This document shows, piece by piece, positions 25,711 through 37,607 of a DNA stretch of 64,000 bases. The stretch's first letter is position 1. Each line of letters starts with the position of its first letter. The stretch comes from Fonticula alba ATCC 38817 (Eukaryota > Protista > Nucleariida), in assembly GCA_000388065.2 (NCBI GenBank), contig KB932209.1, one strand, 5' to 3'. Made by a program: the position numbers and the translations under genes. The notes under the pieces are model-generated. The model had not been told where the DNA came from. It saw nothing but the letters and a program-made list of their open reading frames with translations, and did no database searches.

Positions 25711-28700
25711 ATGCCCCCTTTTGAGAAGAAGTCCTGTATGTTGCCTGCCCCTCCTCTCCGACTGTTCCGCCCCGCCCTGCTGCCCGCCCCCCCCCCCGCC
25801 CCCGGGTCACCCGTTCCCCCCCCCCCCCCCCCCCACAGCCGGCTCCGGAGAGATCCACTCGGTCTTCCGCATCAAGCCCTACTTCTTCCTCCATGTGCTG
25901 AACCAGAACACCAACGTGACGGATGTCATCTGCGGGCCGCGGACGTTCATCTGCCAGGACCACGAGCGCGTGGTCCTGGAGCCGACGCCCATGATCAGCA
26001 TCGGCCCGGCCGAGTACTGCATCGTGGAGAACCCGGTGGCGGTGGACCCGGCCACCGGGGCGATTCGCCGTGACCCGGCCACCGGGCAGATCCTGCTGCA
26101 GCTGAGCGAGACCGAGGTCCGCCTGGCGCAGCCGCCCTTCCCGCTGTACCCCGGCGAGAAGGCCGGCGAGCTGTGCAAGCTCAAGAGCATCGACGCGCTG
26201 TCGTCCTTCCGGATCCGCGCCACCCGGCAGTTTGACATGGAGGTGACGGTCCCCTTCGGCCAGCCGAAGGCGCTGGCCGCGGCGCAGGCCTTCGACCCCG
26301 GCCTGACGCGCCTGCTGAAGGCCCTGCCGGCGGAGGAGCTGGCCGCCGCCAAGGCCGCCGGTGTCCCGCGCACCTTCACCATCACTCGCCACATCAGCGA
26401 CGAGTGGATGCAGGCCGGCCCGTCCACCTTCATCCCCTCGCCCAATTATGTCATGGCCAGTGTCGTGTCGGCGCACATCCTCCGCAAGGATTCGGCCATC
26501 CGCCTGCTGGCCACGGCCAACTGCGTGTCGCAGCACGACGGCGCCGACCGTGTGGCCGGCGAGGAGTGGCACGTCCCCATCCCCGGTCCCTATGTGCCGG
26601 GTGTCTGTGAGCAGGTCATCGGCGTGGACACGGCCCACATCCTGTCCGAGGGCCAGGCCCTGCTGCTCAGTGTACGCCTTTCCTCGGCTTCTCCTTCTGC
26701 CTGCCCCTCCCTGTCCTGCTCCTGGTCTCTCGGCGGCACTGCCCCCGCCCCCCGCCCCCCTGTGCGCATGTCCCCAGGCCAAGCACACGTTCGTCGATGC
26801 CTATGGCAAGCGCCGGCGCAACGCCGAGGAGTGGCTGATCACCTACCAGGACGCCGAGTCGCACCTGCTGGACGTCCACGAGCAGCTGGTCAAGTATGTG
26901 AACATCACCACCCTCAGCTCGCGCCAGTACTGCGTCATCCTGGACCCGGTCTGCCCGACGACCGGCAAGAACATGCTCGGCCAGCGGAAGCTCCTGCGCG
27001 GCGAGCAGTCCTTCTTCCTCAAGCCCGGCGAGTCCCTGGAGAAGGGCATCCAGTCGGTGTATGTGCTGAGCTCCGACCAGGGCCTTGTCCTCCGGGCGCT
27101 GGAGGAGTTCACCGATACCTCGGTCCGGCCGGGGGCCGCGGCCGGCGCCGGCCCGGTCACCTACATGCCCGGCGACCGGTGGATGATCTTCGGGCCGTGC
27201 GAGTATGTGCCGCCCACCTCGGTGGAGGTGGTCTGCCAGCGGGAGACCATTCCCCTGAGCGAGAATGAGGGCATCTATGTGCGGGACAACCGCACTGGCC
27301 AGGTCCGCCTGGTGCACAGCCAGTCGTACATGCTGCGCGAGGAGGAGATCTTCTTCAACAAGGAGCTCCCGGCCGAGATCGAGGCCCTCATCAGCATGGA
27401 CCCGGTGTCGGAGCGCTTCTCCTCCTCCAATGCCAACTCCCTGACCCGGCAGGCTTCCTCCCGGCGGTCCAAGCATGCGGCCGTCAAGTTCGGCATCCCG
27501 CACAATGCCGCGGTGCAGATTTACGACTACCGCGCTCGTGTGGCTCGTGTGGAGATCGGCCCGGATCTGGTGATGCTCCAGCCGGATGAGATGTTCACCC
27601 TGCTGAGCCTGTCCGGTGGCCGGCCCAAGCGCCCGAATGCCATCAAGTCCATTTGCCTGCTGCTGGGCCCGGACTTCTGCACGGACATCATCACGGTCGA
27701 GACGTCGGACCATGCGCGCCTGCAGCTGCAGCTGGCCTACAACTGGCACTTCCGGGTGCCGCCCACCCCGGGCCCGGGGGAGGACCGGACCGCCTTCAAT
27801 GAGGAGATGCGCAAGCTGTTCTCCGTGCCGGACTTCATCGGCGAGATGTGCCATGCCATTGCCTCGCGCATTCGTGGCACCGTGGCCTCGGTCCCCTTCG
27901 ACGAGTTCCACCGGCACTCGGCGCGCATCATCCGATCCAGTGTCTTCGGCGAGACGGCCAATGCCACCGCCATGGCGGCGGCGGCGGCGGCGGCCAGCCC
28001 GAGCACCGGCATGGAGCCGACCATGGTGCCGACCATCGGCGGTACCACCGCCACCTGCCAGGAGTTCGTCCTCTTCTCCAACAACCTGGTGGTCACCAGT
28101 GTGGACATCCAGTCGGTGGAGCCGGTGGACCAGCGCACTCGCGATGCCCTGCAGAAGTCCGTGCAGCTGGCCATCGAGATCACCACCAGCAGCCAGGAGG
28201 CCACGGCCAAGCATGAGGCCGAGCGCCTGGAGCAGGAGGCCCGCGGTCGACTGGACCGCCAGCGGATCCTCGATGATGCCCAGGTGGAGAAGGCCCGGCA
28301 GGAGCTGCTGCAGCTGCAGTCCGAGTCGGCGGCCGTCGAGAGCCAGGGCTTTGCCGTGGCCGAGGCCACCGCTCGGGCCGAGGCCGCGGCCATCGAGGCC
28401 CGCGCGGCCGTCGAGCAGGCCCGCCTCCGTGCCGAGGCCCAGGCCATCGAGGCCCGTAGTGAGCTTGATCGCCTGTCGGCTGCCCGCGCGGCCGAGATTG
28501 ACTTCCTGCAGAAGCAGCTGGAGCTGGAGGTGCAGAAGTCCCGCCTGCTGGCCGACATCGAGGCTGCCAAGTTCTCCAACATGGTCGGCAGCATCGGCCA
28601 GGCCACCCTGGTGGAGATGGCCCGTGCCGGGCCCGACGCCCAGGTCCGCCTGCTGCAGTCGCTCGGCATCCGGAGCACCCTCATCACCGACGGCAAGAGC

Positions 28701-28847
28701 CCGATCAACCTCTTCCAGACGGCTCAGGGGCTCGTGGCCCCGCCGCCGTCGGCCGGCGGTCTGCTGGCCGACGTGACGGCCGGCGCGGTCCCCGTGTCTG
28801 GCGCTGGTCAGGCTGCCCCGAGTGTCGCTGCCCCTGCCAGCAATTGA
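25711..28847 (+). CDS. MVP: Major vault protein (3 exons: 25711-25735, 25839-26671, 26778-28847)
   Basis: N-terminal [18 protein letters not shown]; vault repeats ([32 protein letters not shown]); [49 protein letters not shown] and [29 protein letters not shown]; cap helix and [12 protein letters not shown]. Confidence 0.97.
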
Positions 28848-30065
28848 AAGCGCGATGAGCCGGGCCCTTTTGATACATTTGGGCGGGGGCTGGCCGTCGT
28901 GTGGGGACATGATGCTCCCCTTCCTCCCAAAATAAATCCACTCGCACATGGCATGTCAGTCCAGCCTGCGCGCGTGCGCGCGCGCACACACACATACAGA
29001 CACTCCTGGGAGGGTGGTTGAGGGCGAGCGAAGGGAAAGTGTGGTGTGTGCGTGTGCGGGGGTGTAGTATCCCCCCCCCCCCCCCTGCTTCCGCGTGGTG
29101 TGGTGTGTATGAAAAGGGCATGGGACTTTGTTTTCGGGTGTTTCCTTCGGCTTGTCTTCCCCCGCCCCGGATCCTGGGGGCCGCGGCCTCGCTGGCGCTC
29201 CCCTGTCCGGTCCACTTTTTTGAAAGGCCAAAAATGCATCTTTTTCACTGACATTGTCCGTGTTTTGTCTGAACATTTCTCCGACATCAGAATGTCGCAC
29301 ATGATCACGGACCTGTTCATGATTATCCTGACGTATCTCCCCACTCTCAAGCCCGAACGATCGCGGCTGCGCGGCTGCACGGCCCCCGGGCAGGCCGCCA
29401 CCTCTCCAGGCGGGATATGTCAGATGCCCCCCCCCCCCCCCCCCCCCCGCCTACCGCCCACCACCTCCCACTCCATCTTGACGCACTTCCGGGGCCCCCC
29501 CCCTCCCCCACCCGCGCCTCTCTCCGGGCGGGCAGCCACCATCCGCGCTCCATGATGCCAGCGTCGCCTGGGGAGATAAGGGGGCTGGCGCGGAAGGTGA
29601 CGCCGACGCCGGGCGGGTTTACACATTCTCCACACGCGCCCGTGGTGGCCCTTACAAGCGGGCCACGCCCCGCCCGTCCGCCTGCCCGGCAGCCGATCCC
29701 CTGAGGGGGGAGCCGCGGGAAGGCGAACCTCGTCCCCCCCCCCCCCCCCCCCCCCCTTCGCCCTCTCCTTAATCATTGCCAGACCCAGTTCGGCCGCGCC
29801 AGGGGCGAGGACCAAGGCGGACAGCTATTCCCGACCAGTCGGCCAATCTCAAAGAGCCGGCGCAGTCTGGCGCGCGCGATCGCCGTGCCCCCAGCATGAA
29901 CCGCACTCCCCCCCCCCCCCCCCCTTGGCTTTATCACCCCCTCCCATTCCCCCCCCCATTCCCCCCCACCCCCTTCTCCCTCCCCCCTCCCCCTCCACCC
30001 CCTTCTGCCCCTCGTTTGTTTTTGCACCCGCCGCCTCCGGCACCGGGTGCCCTCCCTCCAACACC

Positions 30066-33000
30066 ATGGACTTGCATGGAGCACGCGATGTGTCGATCGC
30101 TTCCACAGCCGGCATTCGGTCGACCGCCTCGCCGGAGTCCAACCTGGCGGCCGCCCAGCGCGAGGCCGACAATGTTTTGCAAAAACTCAACATCGCCTCG
30201 GCGCGCAATCTCGTCTCCGAGACCCGGTGCGTTGGTCGGCCGCGTGCTTTGCTCCACACGCCAGCCTCGTCTGCCTTCCTCGCATGCGCTCTTGCCTTGG
30301 CTGACGCCCTGTTTCCCCTTTCCCGGACTGCCCCGGCCTTTCCCCCACCTGGGTAATGGCGTGGGCCATCGCCACAGCGCCGAGATGGAAGCACGCCGGC
30401 GCGAGCTCCGTACACTTGTCGGGTACGAATGGGGCCTGTTTCCATCTGCTAGTCTTCGCTTCCCCCCCCCCCTCTCTCTCTTTGTGCCATCTCCACATTC
30501 GTGGCGTGGTCTAACAATTGGTGTCCAGCGAGCGATACCGCGACCTGCTCAGCTCGGCATCGGCCGTGCGTGCCATGCGCGACACTGCAGCCGGCCCCTT
30601 CAAAGGCAGCTTGCTCAAGGCATCGCTGGCGGCACAGGCGGCCACCAATCTGTCGGCCAGCCGACCGATCGGGTCTTCCGGGGCCGGCGGCCTGCTGGCC
30701 ATCTCCAAGGATGAGCTCCTGCAATCGGCCACTCGCTCGGTGGCGGTCCGGGCCCTGCTCGATGCTCCGGCTCAGGTGCGTTTTCCGGCCTGCATGGGCC
30801 ATCTTCCTCCCCGCCGGATGTGTTGCTAGACCCGACGGAGCAGGGAGCGGTGGAGGAGCAAGAGAGAGAGAAAGAGAGATGAGGGGCGCCTCTTTCTCGC
30901 CCGCCCTCCGCCCGCCCTCCGCCCGCCCTCCGCCCGCCCTCCGCCCGCCCTCCGCCCGCCCTCCGCCCGCCCTCCGCCCGTCGTACTGGCTCGCCAACAC
31001 GGGCCCCACCATTGACGCCACTCGTCGACCAAGATCTGGTCCTCGCTGGATGCCCACGACTTCCTGTCCGCCGCGCGGGTTTACATCCACACCCGGCGTC
31101 TGTACCATGCGTCGTTGCCTCGGCTGAACCCCGGGGCCAACCCCCCGGCCGGAGCCGAACCCGACAGCCTGGGGGCCATCTCCCCGGCGGATCTCGGGCA
31201 ATGGTGGCGATCGGTCGAGCCACTTCGCTTGCGTGTAATCTCCGCCTGTGTGGCGTACCTCCAAGCGCCGGGCTGCCTGCTGCCGGATGGGCCACTCCCG
31301 GCGGATGAGCTGAGCGCCGCGGCTGCCGGCGTTCCCGGGGTCCTGACCAAGCCGGTGTCCCTGCGTGACGCCACCGCCAGTGCTCGGGCCCTCTATTCGT
31401 TGGTCCTGCTGGACGCCGATACCGAGGTGTCCCTGACCCTGGGGAGCTGGCAGGCGCTGCTGGCGACCGGGGACTCCGCCTCCGGGGCGGCTGCCCCTGA
31501 TGAGGAGGATGCCGTGGCCGGGGCCGTTGTGGCGGCGGCGGCGGCCGCCGCGTCGGCCGACCAGCGCCTGCTGCAGATCCTGCTCTTTGCGCGGCTGCGC
31601 CTGCTCCAGCGTCTGCTGTCCGACAACCGGTGCCCGGGTGCCGACCACGGGCCCGGGACTGTGGCCCTCCTGGCCCGGCGCCCGGCCTTGGCCGACCTGC
31701 TGGCCCTGCGCCTGGTTGTCGACACGGTCCAATTGGCCACGCTATGCCCCCTCCTGGTGGACCACTCATCGGGCCTGGCCCAGGCGCTGGCGTCTGACAT
31801 GTCGGTGGCCGTGGATGCCATCCCCCCGGCCGAGCCCGATCCCCGGGTTACCGAGTGGCTGCGTCTCGGCGTCCTTCCCCTCCTGTCGGGGGCCGCCTTC
31901 CGGTCGATTGTGCGTGGTAGCCCCCCCCCCCCCCCCNNNNNNNNNNNNNNNNNNNNNNNNNNNNNNNNNNNNNNNNNNNNNNNNNNNNNNNNNNNNNNNN
32001 NNNNNNNNNNNNNNNNNNNNNCCCCCCTCCCCCCTCCCCTGCCAACATGCATGGACACGCCTTCGCAGACCCCCTTGCAGACGCACACGCTCTTGTCCCG
32101 CCGGTGGCTCTGTCCGTCTGTATCCTCACCCCCCGTGTCCTGCTGCTCCGCCCGGCTCACGATCTTTCCCTCCCGCTCTTGTGCGCCGCCTCTGCCACGG
32201 TCATCGCCGCTCGCCGCCGGGACGACAGGAAACCCTCCCCGAGCTGGCCACCTTCGGGACACAGTCCTTCCAAGCCTGTCGATCGATGCTGGCTGCCGGC
32301 ACGCCGGCCAGCGCACAGCTGGCTCTCTTGCACGATGGGGCGTTGCCCGGGGGGATGGGCGATCTGGCGGCGCCGACCGCCGCCTGGCGGGCTCTCTTCC
32401 AATGCCCCTTTGTGGAGCGCGCACGGACGCTCATTCACGCGGCCCTCGGCATCACCCTGACCCGGCCTGCCGTGGACCTTGTGTCGGCGGAGCTCATCTC
32501 GCTGGCGAGTGATCTGCTCCGGGGCCCGGAGCCTGGCCGGCGGGGGTGCGGAGTGCTGGTGCGTGAGCGGCTGACGGCCGGAACCGAGCACTTGGACCGG
32601 GTGTTCGGCCGGACACACCCGCTGCTGGTCGAGACCCGGGGGTTTTGTGACACCCTGCCGCGGGACCTGCCCGGGGTGGTGGTCCCGGCTGGGGCCTTTG
32701 TGGCGGCGGGTCTGGCCCAGGCGGCGGAAGCCCTGGCCCAATGCATCTCCGAAGTCCGGCCCAGTGCCGAGGTCGGGGCCGTGTTTGATGTGTTCGTCTC
32801 GCGTCTGGCGCATCACCTGGCCGGGTGCCTCGGGGAGATGCAGGCGCGCGCGGTCATTGAGCTCGGGCCTGGGCCGCGCGAGGCCGGGGCCCTTGACGCG
32901 GCGGTCGCTCGGATTGCACTCCTCTCACGCACCTACTCCGAGCGGTGGATCGGCCACCTGCTGACCGGGGCCCTGGACACGGCCGAGGCCCTGGTGCCGA

Positions 33001-34121
33001 GCTCGACCACTGGACCGAGCCCTCCTCAGGGTGGCGCCGTCGTCACCGGCCCACTGCCCCCCTCGGACACGGTGCTGCAGCTTGTTTTCCATTGTGGCCA
33101 GGCGCTGCAGTCCTTCTCGCCGCAAATCGAATGGTCGGAGGTTCGTGCTCGCATGTTCGCCGCGGTGTTTCCTCCCGTGTCGGTGCCCTTTTCCCTTCCC
33201 CCGCCCCGGGGCACCGGTCCTCGCTACCTTCTCCACGCCGCCCCGACTGACTGAATGCCAATCCCCTGCCCCCCCCCCCTCCCCCCCTGCTTCGGGGCCG
33301 CCAGTCCCTCTTGGGGTATGCACGGAGCATGTGCTTCGATCTGCTGTCCCGGCGACTGGCCGGCCATCTGGAGGGGCCGGCCCTGCGCACGGACTTGGCC
33401 TTCCTCAAGGCGGTCCTTGGAACCGAGGCGCTGGAGACCGGGGGCGAGGGTGCCGGGGCCTCGGGGCCCGCGGCCTCGGCGGGACCGCCCCCCTCCGGGT
33501 CGGCCTGGACCGAGGACCGCCTGGCTGCCTATTCGGCTGTCTGCGGGCCCATTCTCTTTGGCGGTGGCCCGCCAGCCGGTCCGGGCTTCGGCCTGCTGAG
33601 TGCGACCGTCACCCGACCCGGGCCGGCTGGGGCCGACCTCATCGGGAACATGCCGCTGGTTCGGCCGCGCCTGGCCACCTTGCCCATTGGCGAGGGTCTG
33701 TTCGTCCCGTTGTCGGAGGCCGGAGCAGCGCCAGGGGGCCGCTCGCGCCCTGCCGCCGATCTGCCGGCCGCCGGCCCCGGGCCGTCGCTCCTGAAACGCA
33801 GTGCATCCTCCAGTCTTGCCGGTGCGCATGCCCTGCCTCCGGGGTCTGCTTCCTCTGTCCCTTCTTCTTTTTTGGCTTTTTTCCTCCTCGTCCTGTATCC
33901 TTTCGATTTCTCTAACGGCTGCCCCCCCCCATGTGACCTTCACCCTTGACGCGACGCTGGCATGGCCCTCTTCGCGCCTTCCCCGCCACGCTCGAACAGG
34001 GTCCCTGTCCGATGGTGGACGGCAGACCCACATCCACTTCCGATCGGGAGCGGCCATCCCCCGAGCCAGCATGGCATACCGCAGGGCGCCAGCTCCCCTG
34101 GCGACGCCGTCACGGCCTTAG
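30066..34121 (+). CDS. COG1: Conserved oligomeric Golgi complex subunit 1 (Vps51/Vps67 family), multi-exon
   Basis: Spliced N-terminus RRRELRTLVG|ERYRDLLSSASAVRAMRD and LLDAPAQ|IWSSLDAHDFLSAA match COG1 hallmarks. The long Ala/Leu-rich helical remainder has GT-AG introns; the last exon 34000-34121 is inferred from phase. Confidence 0.8.
30898..30980. repeat. 11-bp minisatellite (CGCCCGCCCTC) x7.5 in a COG1 intron
   Basis: Perfect tandem copies read directly. Confidence 0.95.
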
Positions 34122-34297
34122 GCTGCAAGGCAAGCATATGCAGCTTGTGTCGGTCACGGAGGCTTTCCCCCCCCCCCCTGCCCGGCGATCACCAAGGCCA
34201 GCCACGGCGTCCGTGCTCTTGCCTATGGCAGCGAATGAACCCTTTCTAAAGGCGAGCCGAAGAGCACATTTATAAATACATATATATATACACTAAA

Positions 34298-34333
<36 letters not shown>

Positions 34334-34653
34334 TACCATGCTCGGGCCCACTGATGGCGGCATCCTGCGGCCGCGTGCTGGAGCTTGTTTCGGATTTCTG
34401 CCCCGGCGTTTCACGATTGTTGGTGGTGTGTTTCGCGTGTTTAATTCAGTCGCCGAGTCCTTTCAGTTAAGAAGGGGATGTGTCTTGCCTCGAGCCCGGG
34501 ACTGTCCGCCATCCGGCCCTAAAGGCTTTGGGCTCTCGCGAGTGAGTTCCGCCCGGAAGGGGCCGAGAATGCAGGATCTGTTCGCCTGCTGCATGCAGAC
34601 CGGCCGTTCCGGTGGGCGACTGGCTATTGTCCATTTTGGAAGCCTCAAAAGTC

Positions 34654-35267
34654 CGTCCTCCCATTTGTGTCTGTGTGTTCGCCTTCTTCCCCGCGATAGC
34701 CAAAGTCCTCCCCGGGCCCGGCCGGGGAACCCTGTGCCAGGGGACCGCCGGGGCGGGGCGCCATGAATTGTGCATAATTCATAGGCAGTTCCGATGTCCC
34801 AGCCATGCACGACGCTCTTCCGATCTCGTCCTCCCATTTGTGTCTGTGTGTTCGCCTTCTTCCCCGCGATAGCCAAAGTCCTCCCCGGGCCCGGCCGGGG
34901 AACCCTGTGCCAGGGGACCGCCGGGGCGGGGCGCCATGAATTGTGCATAATTCATAGGCAGTTCCGATGTCCCAGCCATGCCCGAACAATGGCCCCTCCA
35001 AGCACAGGGGCTGCCTGGCTTCCCCCCAGGCCTGGCACCTCGCGCCTTCCGGGATACGCGAGGCAGGAGCGGGCATTCAAGAAGGCAGCCCTGCCCGGAC
35101 CAGGCCACGCAGATCGCCTCGTGCCGAAGGCCCCTGCGCATGAGAAGATCGGAAGAGCGTCGTGCGCCTTCCGGGATACGCGAGGCAGGAGCGGGCATTC
35201 AAGAAGGCAGCCCTGCCCGGACCAGGCCACGCAGATCGCCTCGTGCCGAAGGCCCCTGCGCATGAGA
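34654..35267. other. Assembly artefact: Illumina adapter sequence with flanking false duplications
   Basis: CACGACGCTCTTCCGATCT at 34808-34826 and its reverse complement AGATCGGAAGAGCGTCGTG at 35146-35164. Each sits between two identical copies of genomic sequence (34654-34807 = 34827-34980; about 35041-35145 = 35165-35267). Confidence 0.93.
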
Positions 35268-37136
35268 GAGCGAGGGCCACCCTCCAAAGACCGGGTGCTT
35301 CGAGGAGCAGTTGCACACGACGGTTGCTAACGGCGTGCGCGCGCGCGAGCGCGTGAGCATCTGGGCGTTCCGGTTATTCACTCTTTTTGTTTTTGGTAAC
35401 GGCGACTGCTCGGCGATCGGCCGCGGGCCGTTGGCCTCGCGGCCCCGACCGTTGGAGGAGACCGAAAAGATCCCGGCCAGACAGATCCCCCCCCCCCCCC
35501 CTGCGCGGGGCTCCATGCTATCGGCGCTCGGCTTGCCACGGCGCCTGGCACGAGACCCTTTTCGCTCTTGAGCAACTCCGCTCGGTCGGCCAACAATGCC
35601 ACCAAGCGGCCCAATGCGTTTCCGTGCCCTCCGATTTCAGCTCCGGGAGAAGTCTTGCCAATGGGCAGTGTTCGACCCTCGGGCGAGTCCCGAGCCTCCC
35701 CGCATGCTCGGGCCCGCCTGCGTCCCCCATGGATACCGGCACCAGCGGTCGGGCAGCCAGGCCATGTGTGGCGCTGCCCGGCCCTTTTTCTCTCGCTGCC
35801 CCTGCCCCCCGTTCGCTTTCCTCATCTCAGTCCGGTCGGCAGGGGCTGCTGCGGCCCGGAGGGGGGTTCGCCAATCGGGCGTGGCCTTCAATGGGCACTG
35901 CTTTCCCTCAGGCAAGCCAGTTGCACGATTGCCCCCGGCCCCCCCCCCCCCTCCCCCGATTAGGCCGGCATCTCGCGCTATCATATTGCCGGCAGCCAGC
36001 CCCGCTTCCCAGGCTCATCTCCAATCCCGGGGGAGGGGGAGTCCGGGCCCGGCGCGCCTCCCTCCCCTCATCACCACAGGCCCGGCACGCCGCCGAGCCA
36101 CACAAGATCGCCGGTCCGCCCCGTGGCCGCCCCTGCCCTTGCCCCTCCCGGCCCCCGGCGCGGGGTCCAAGGTGTTCGCTCTGCCGGCGGGGAGTGTGAT
36201 CTCCTGGAATGGCGGGAAGTGGGCCGCTTCATGGCAACCTTGCCGCCCGGTCCGATGCCCCGGCGCCCGCCACATGCAAAGAAGCCCCGATGGGGGAAGC
36301 CATCTGGGGCCTTGCGACTGTGAAGGTGAGCAACTTGCCCCCCTCCACACCCCCCTGCGCCTCTTTGCACAGGCCCCTGGTTTTTTTTTTGCACTCTGGT
36401 GGCCCCGGCGTTGCACTATGAAACCACCGCCCTGGCGGCACTCGTGCAGTCAACCCCGGCGGCCGGATGCCGCCAAGCCTCCCCGCCCAGGCGGGAGCCC
36501 ATCCTGCTCACCCAACTCCGGCAGCTTTGTGCACAAGTGCATGGCCATTGTTGGCGGGCACTTTTTGGATGGTGCAGGCAGGCAGCCAGCTGCGTGCCGG
36601 GGGCCCGCCACAGGGACGGGGCACGGGGCGGACAGCAGCCGAGAAAGACGGGCTACGGGGGGGGGGGGGGGGGGGGCATGCCCGGAAGCTCGAAGATAGC
36701 CTGGTCCGGTTGCCTGGTGCGGACAATCGCAGGAGGGCAGGGGGCGTAGGCGGGCGAGAAGGACCAGGAGGCGGGAGGGAGAATCTCTCGCTGGTACTCG
36801 ATGACCCTGTGGCCACGGTCCGAATCGGAGTAGCGGAGCATGCTCTTGGGTCACCGGGCCAAAAGTCCTAGCGCACGAACGCCTCCTCACCGCATCCACC
36901 ATTGGCGAAAGTTCCCACACCTCAGCCCCCCCCTGCTGCCACTTTTCTTCGCACACATTTCTTGCCCGCCCGAAGCGCCTCGCTGCTTGTGCGCGCCGTT
37001 GCTTTGCACTTGGCGCCGCTTCCCTCCTGGTCCCCCCCCCCCCCGCTCTCTCCCCCCGCCCTTTTGGCGTTTTTTTCTATTTTCATTTTCTCGCTCCGGC
37101 GCTTTGCCACCCGCGCCCCGGGCCATCCTTGCACCC

Positions 37137-37575
37137 ATGGAGCTGTCTGCACGCTTGCCCGTGGGGAGTCGGCTGGTGCCGCCTCTCCTGGCTTTCCTGT
37201 GGTTGGTCCTCACCGCGACCGCCGAGCACACGCGCGCACATCTCTCGCACACTTGTGCCCACAACCGAAACTGGAAAATCATCCCCCACCAGTCCGGTGT
37301 TTCCTATGACTTCCACTCGCCGTACCAGCAGCAACAGACGGAGGTGCGTAGCTTGGTGCAATGTTAGCTGGCCTGTGCCGGTGGCCGCCTCGCGCTGGGG
37401 GGCGACGCCGATGGCGAAGTCCGGATGTGTGTGTGTGTCTGTGTGTGCGGTGGTCGCTTGTTAACCCCTCGCTCGTCCCCTGTCCTGCCGTACCACCGGG
37501 TGGCGGCATCCTGCGGACACGCAATCTCCCCCCCCCCCCCCCCCCCCCCCCGGCGCGGCGCCCCGCCGGGCCGCG

Positions 37576-37607
<32 letters not shown>

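Noticed and set aside
27955-28060. Ala-rich loop in the MVP shoulder domain
   Set aside because: This loop is already variable and disordered in animal MVP; the extension is modest.
26667-28949. 760-aa antisense ORF opposite MVP, and similar long antisense ORFs opposite the protease, PK, CRN and ZFC3H1-like genes
   Set aside because: Expected by-product of high GC3 codon usage on the coding strand; no recognisable domains.
30898-30980. GC-box (GGGCGG) array as a possible regulatory element
   Set aside because: Simple intronic minisatellite with no further evidence of function.
34654-35267. Direct repeats resembling a CRISPR array or LTR/TIR element
   Set aside because: The separators are Illumina adapter sequence, so the duplications are artefacts.
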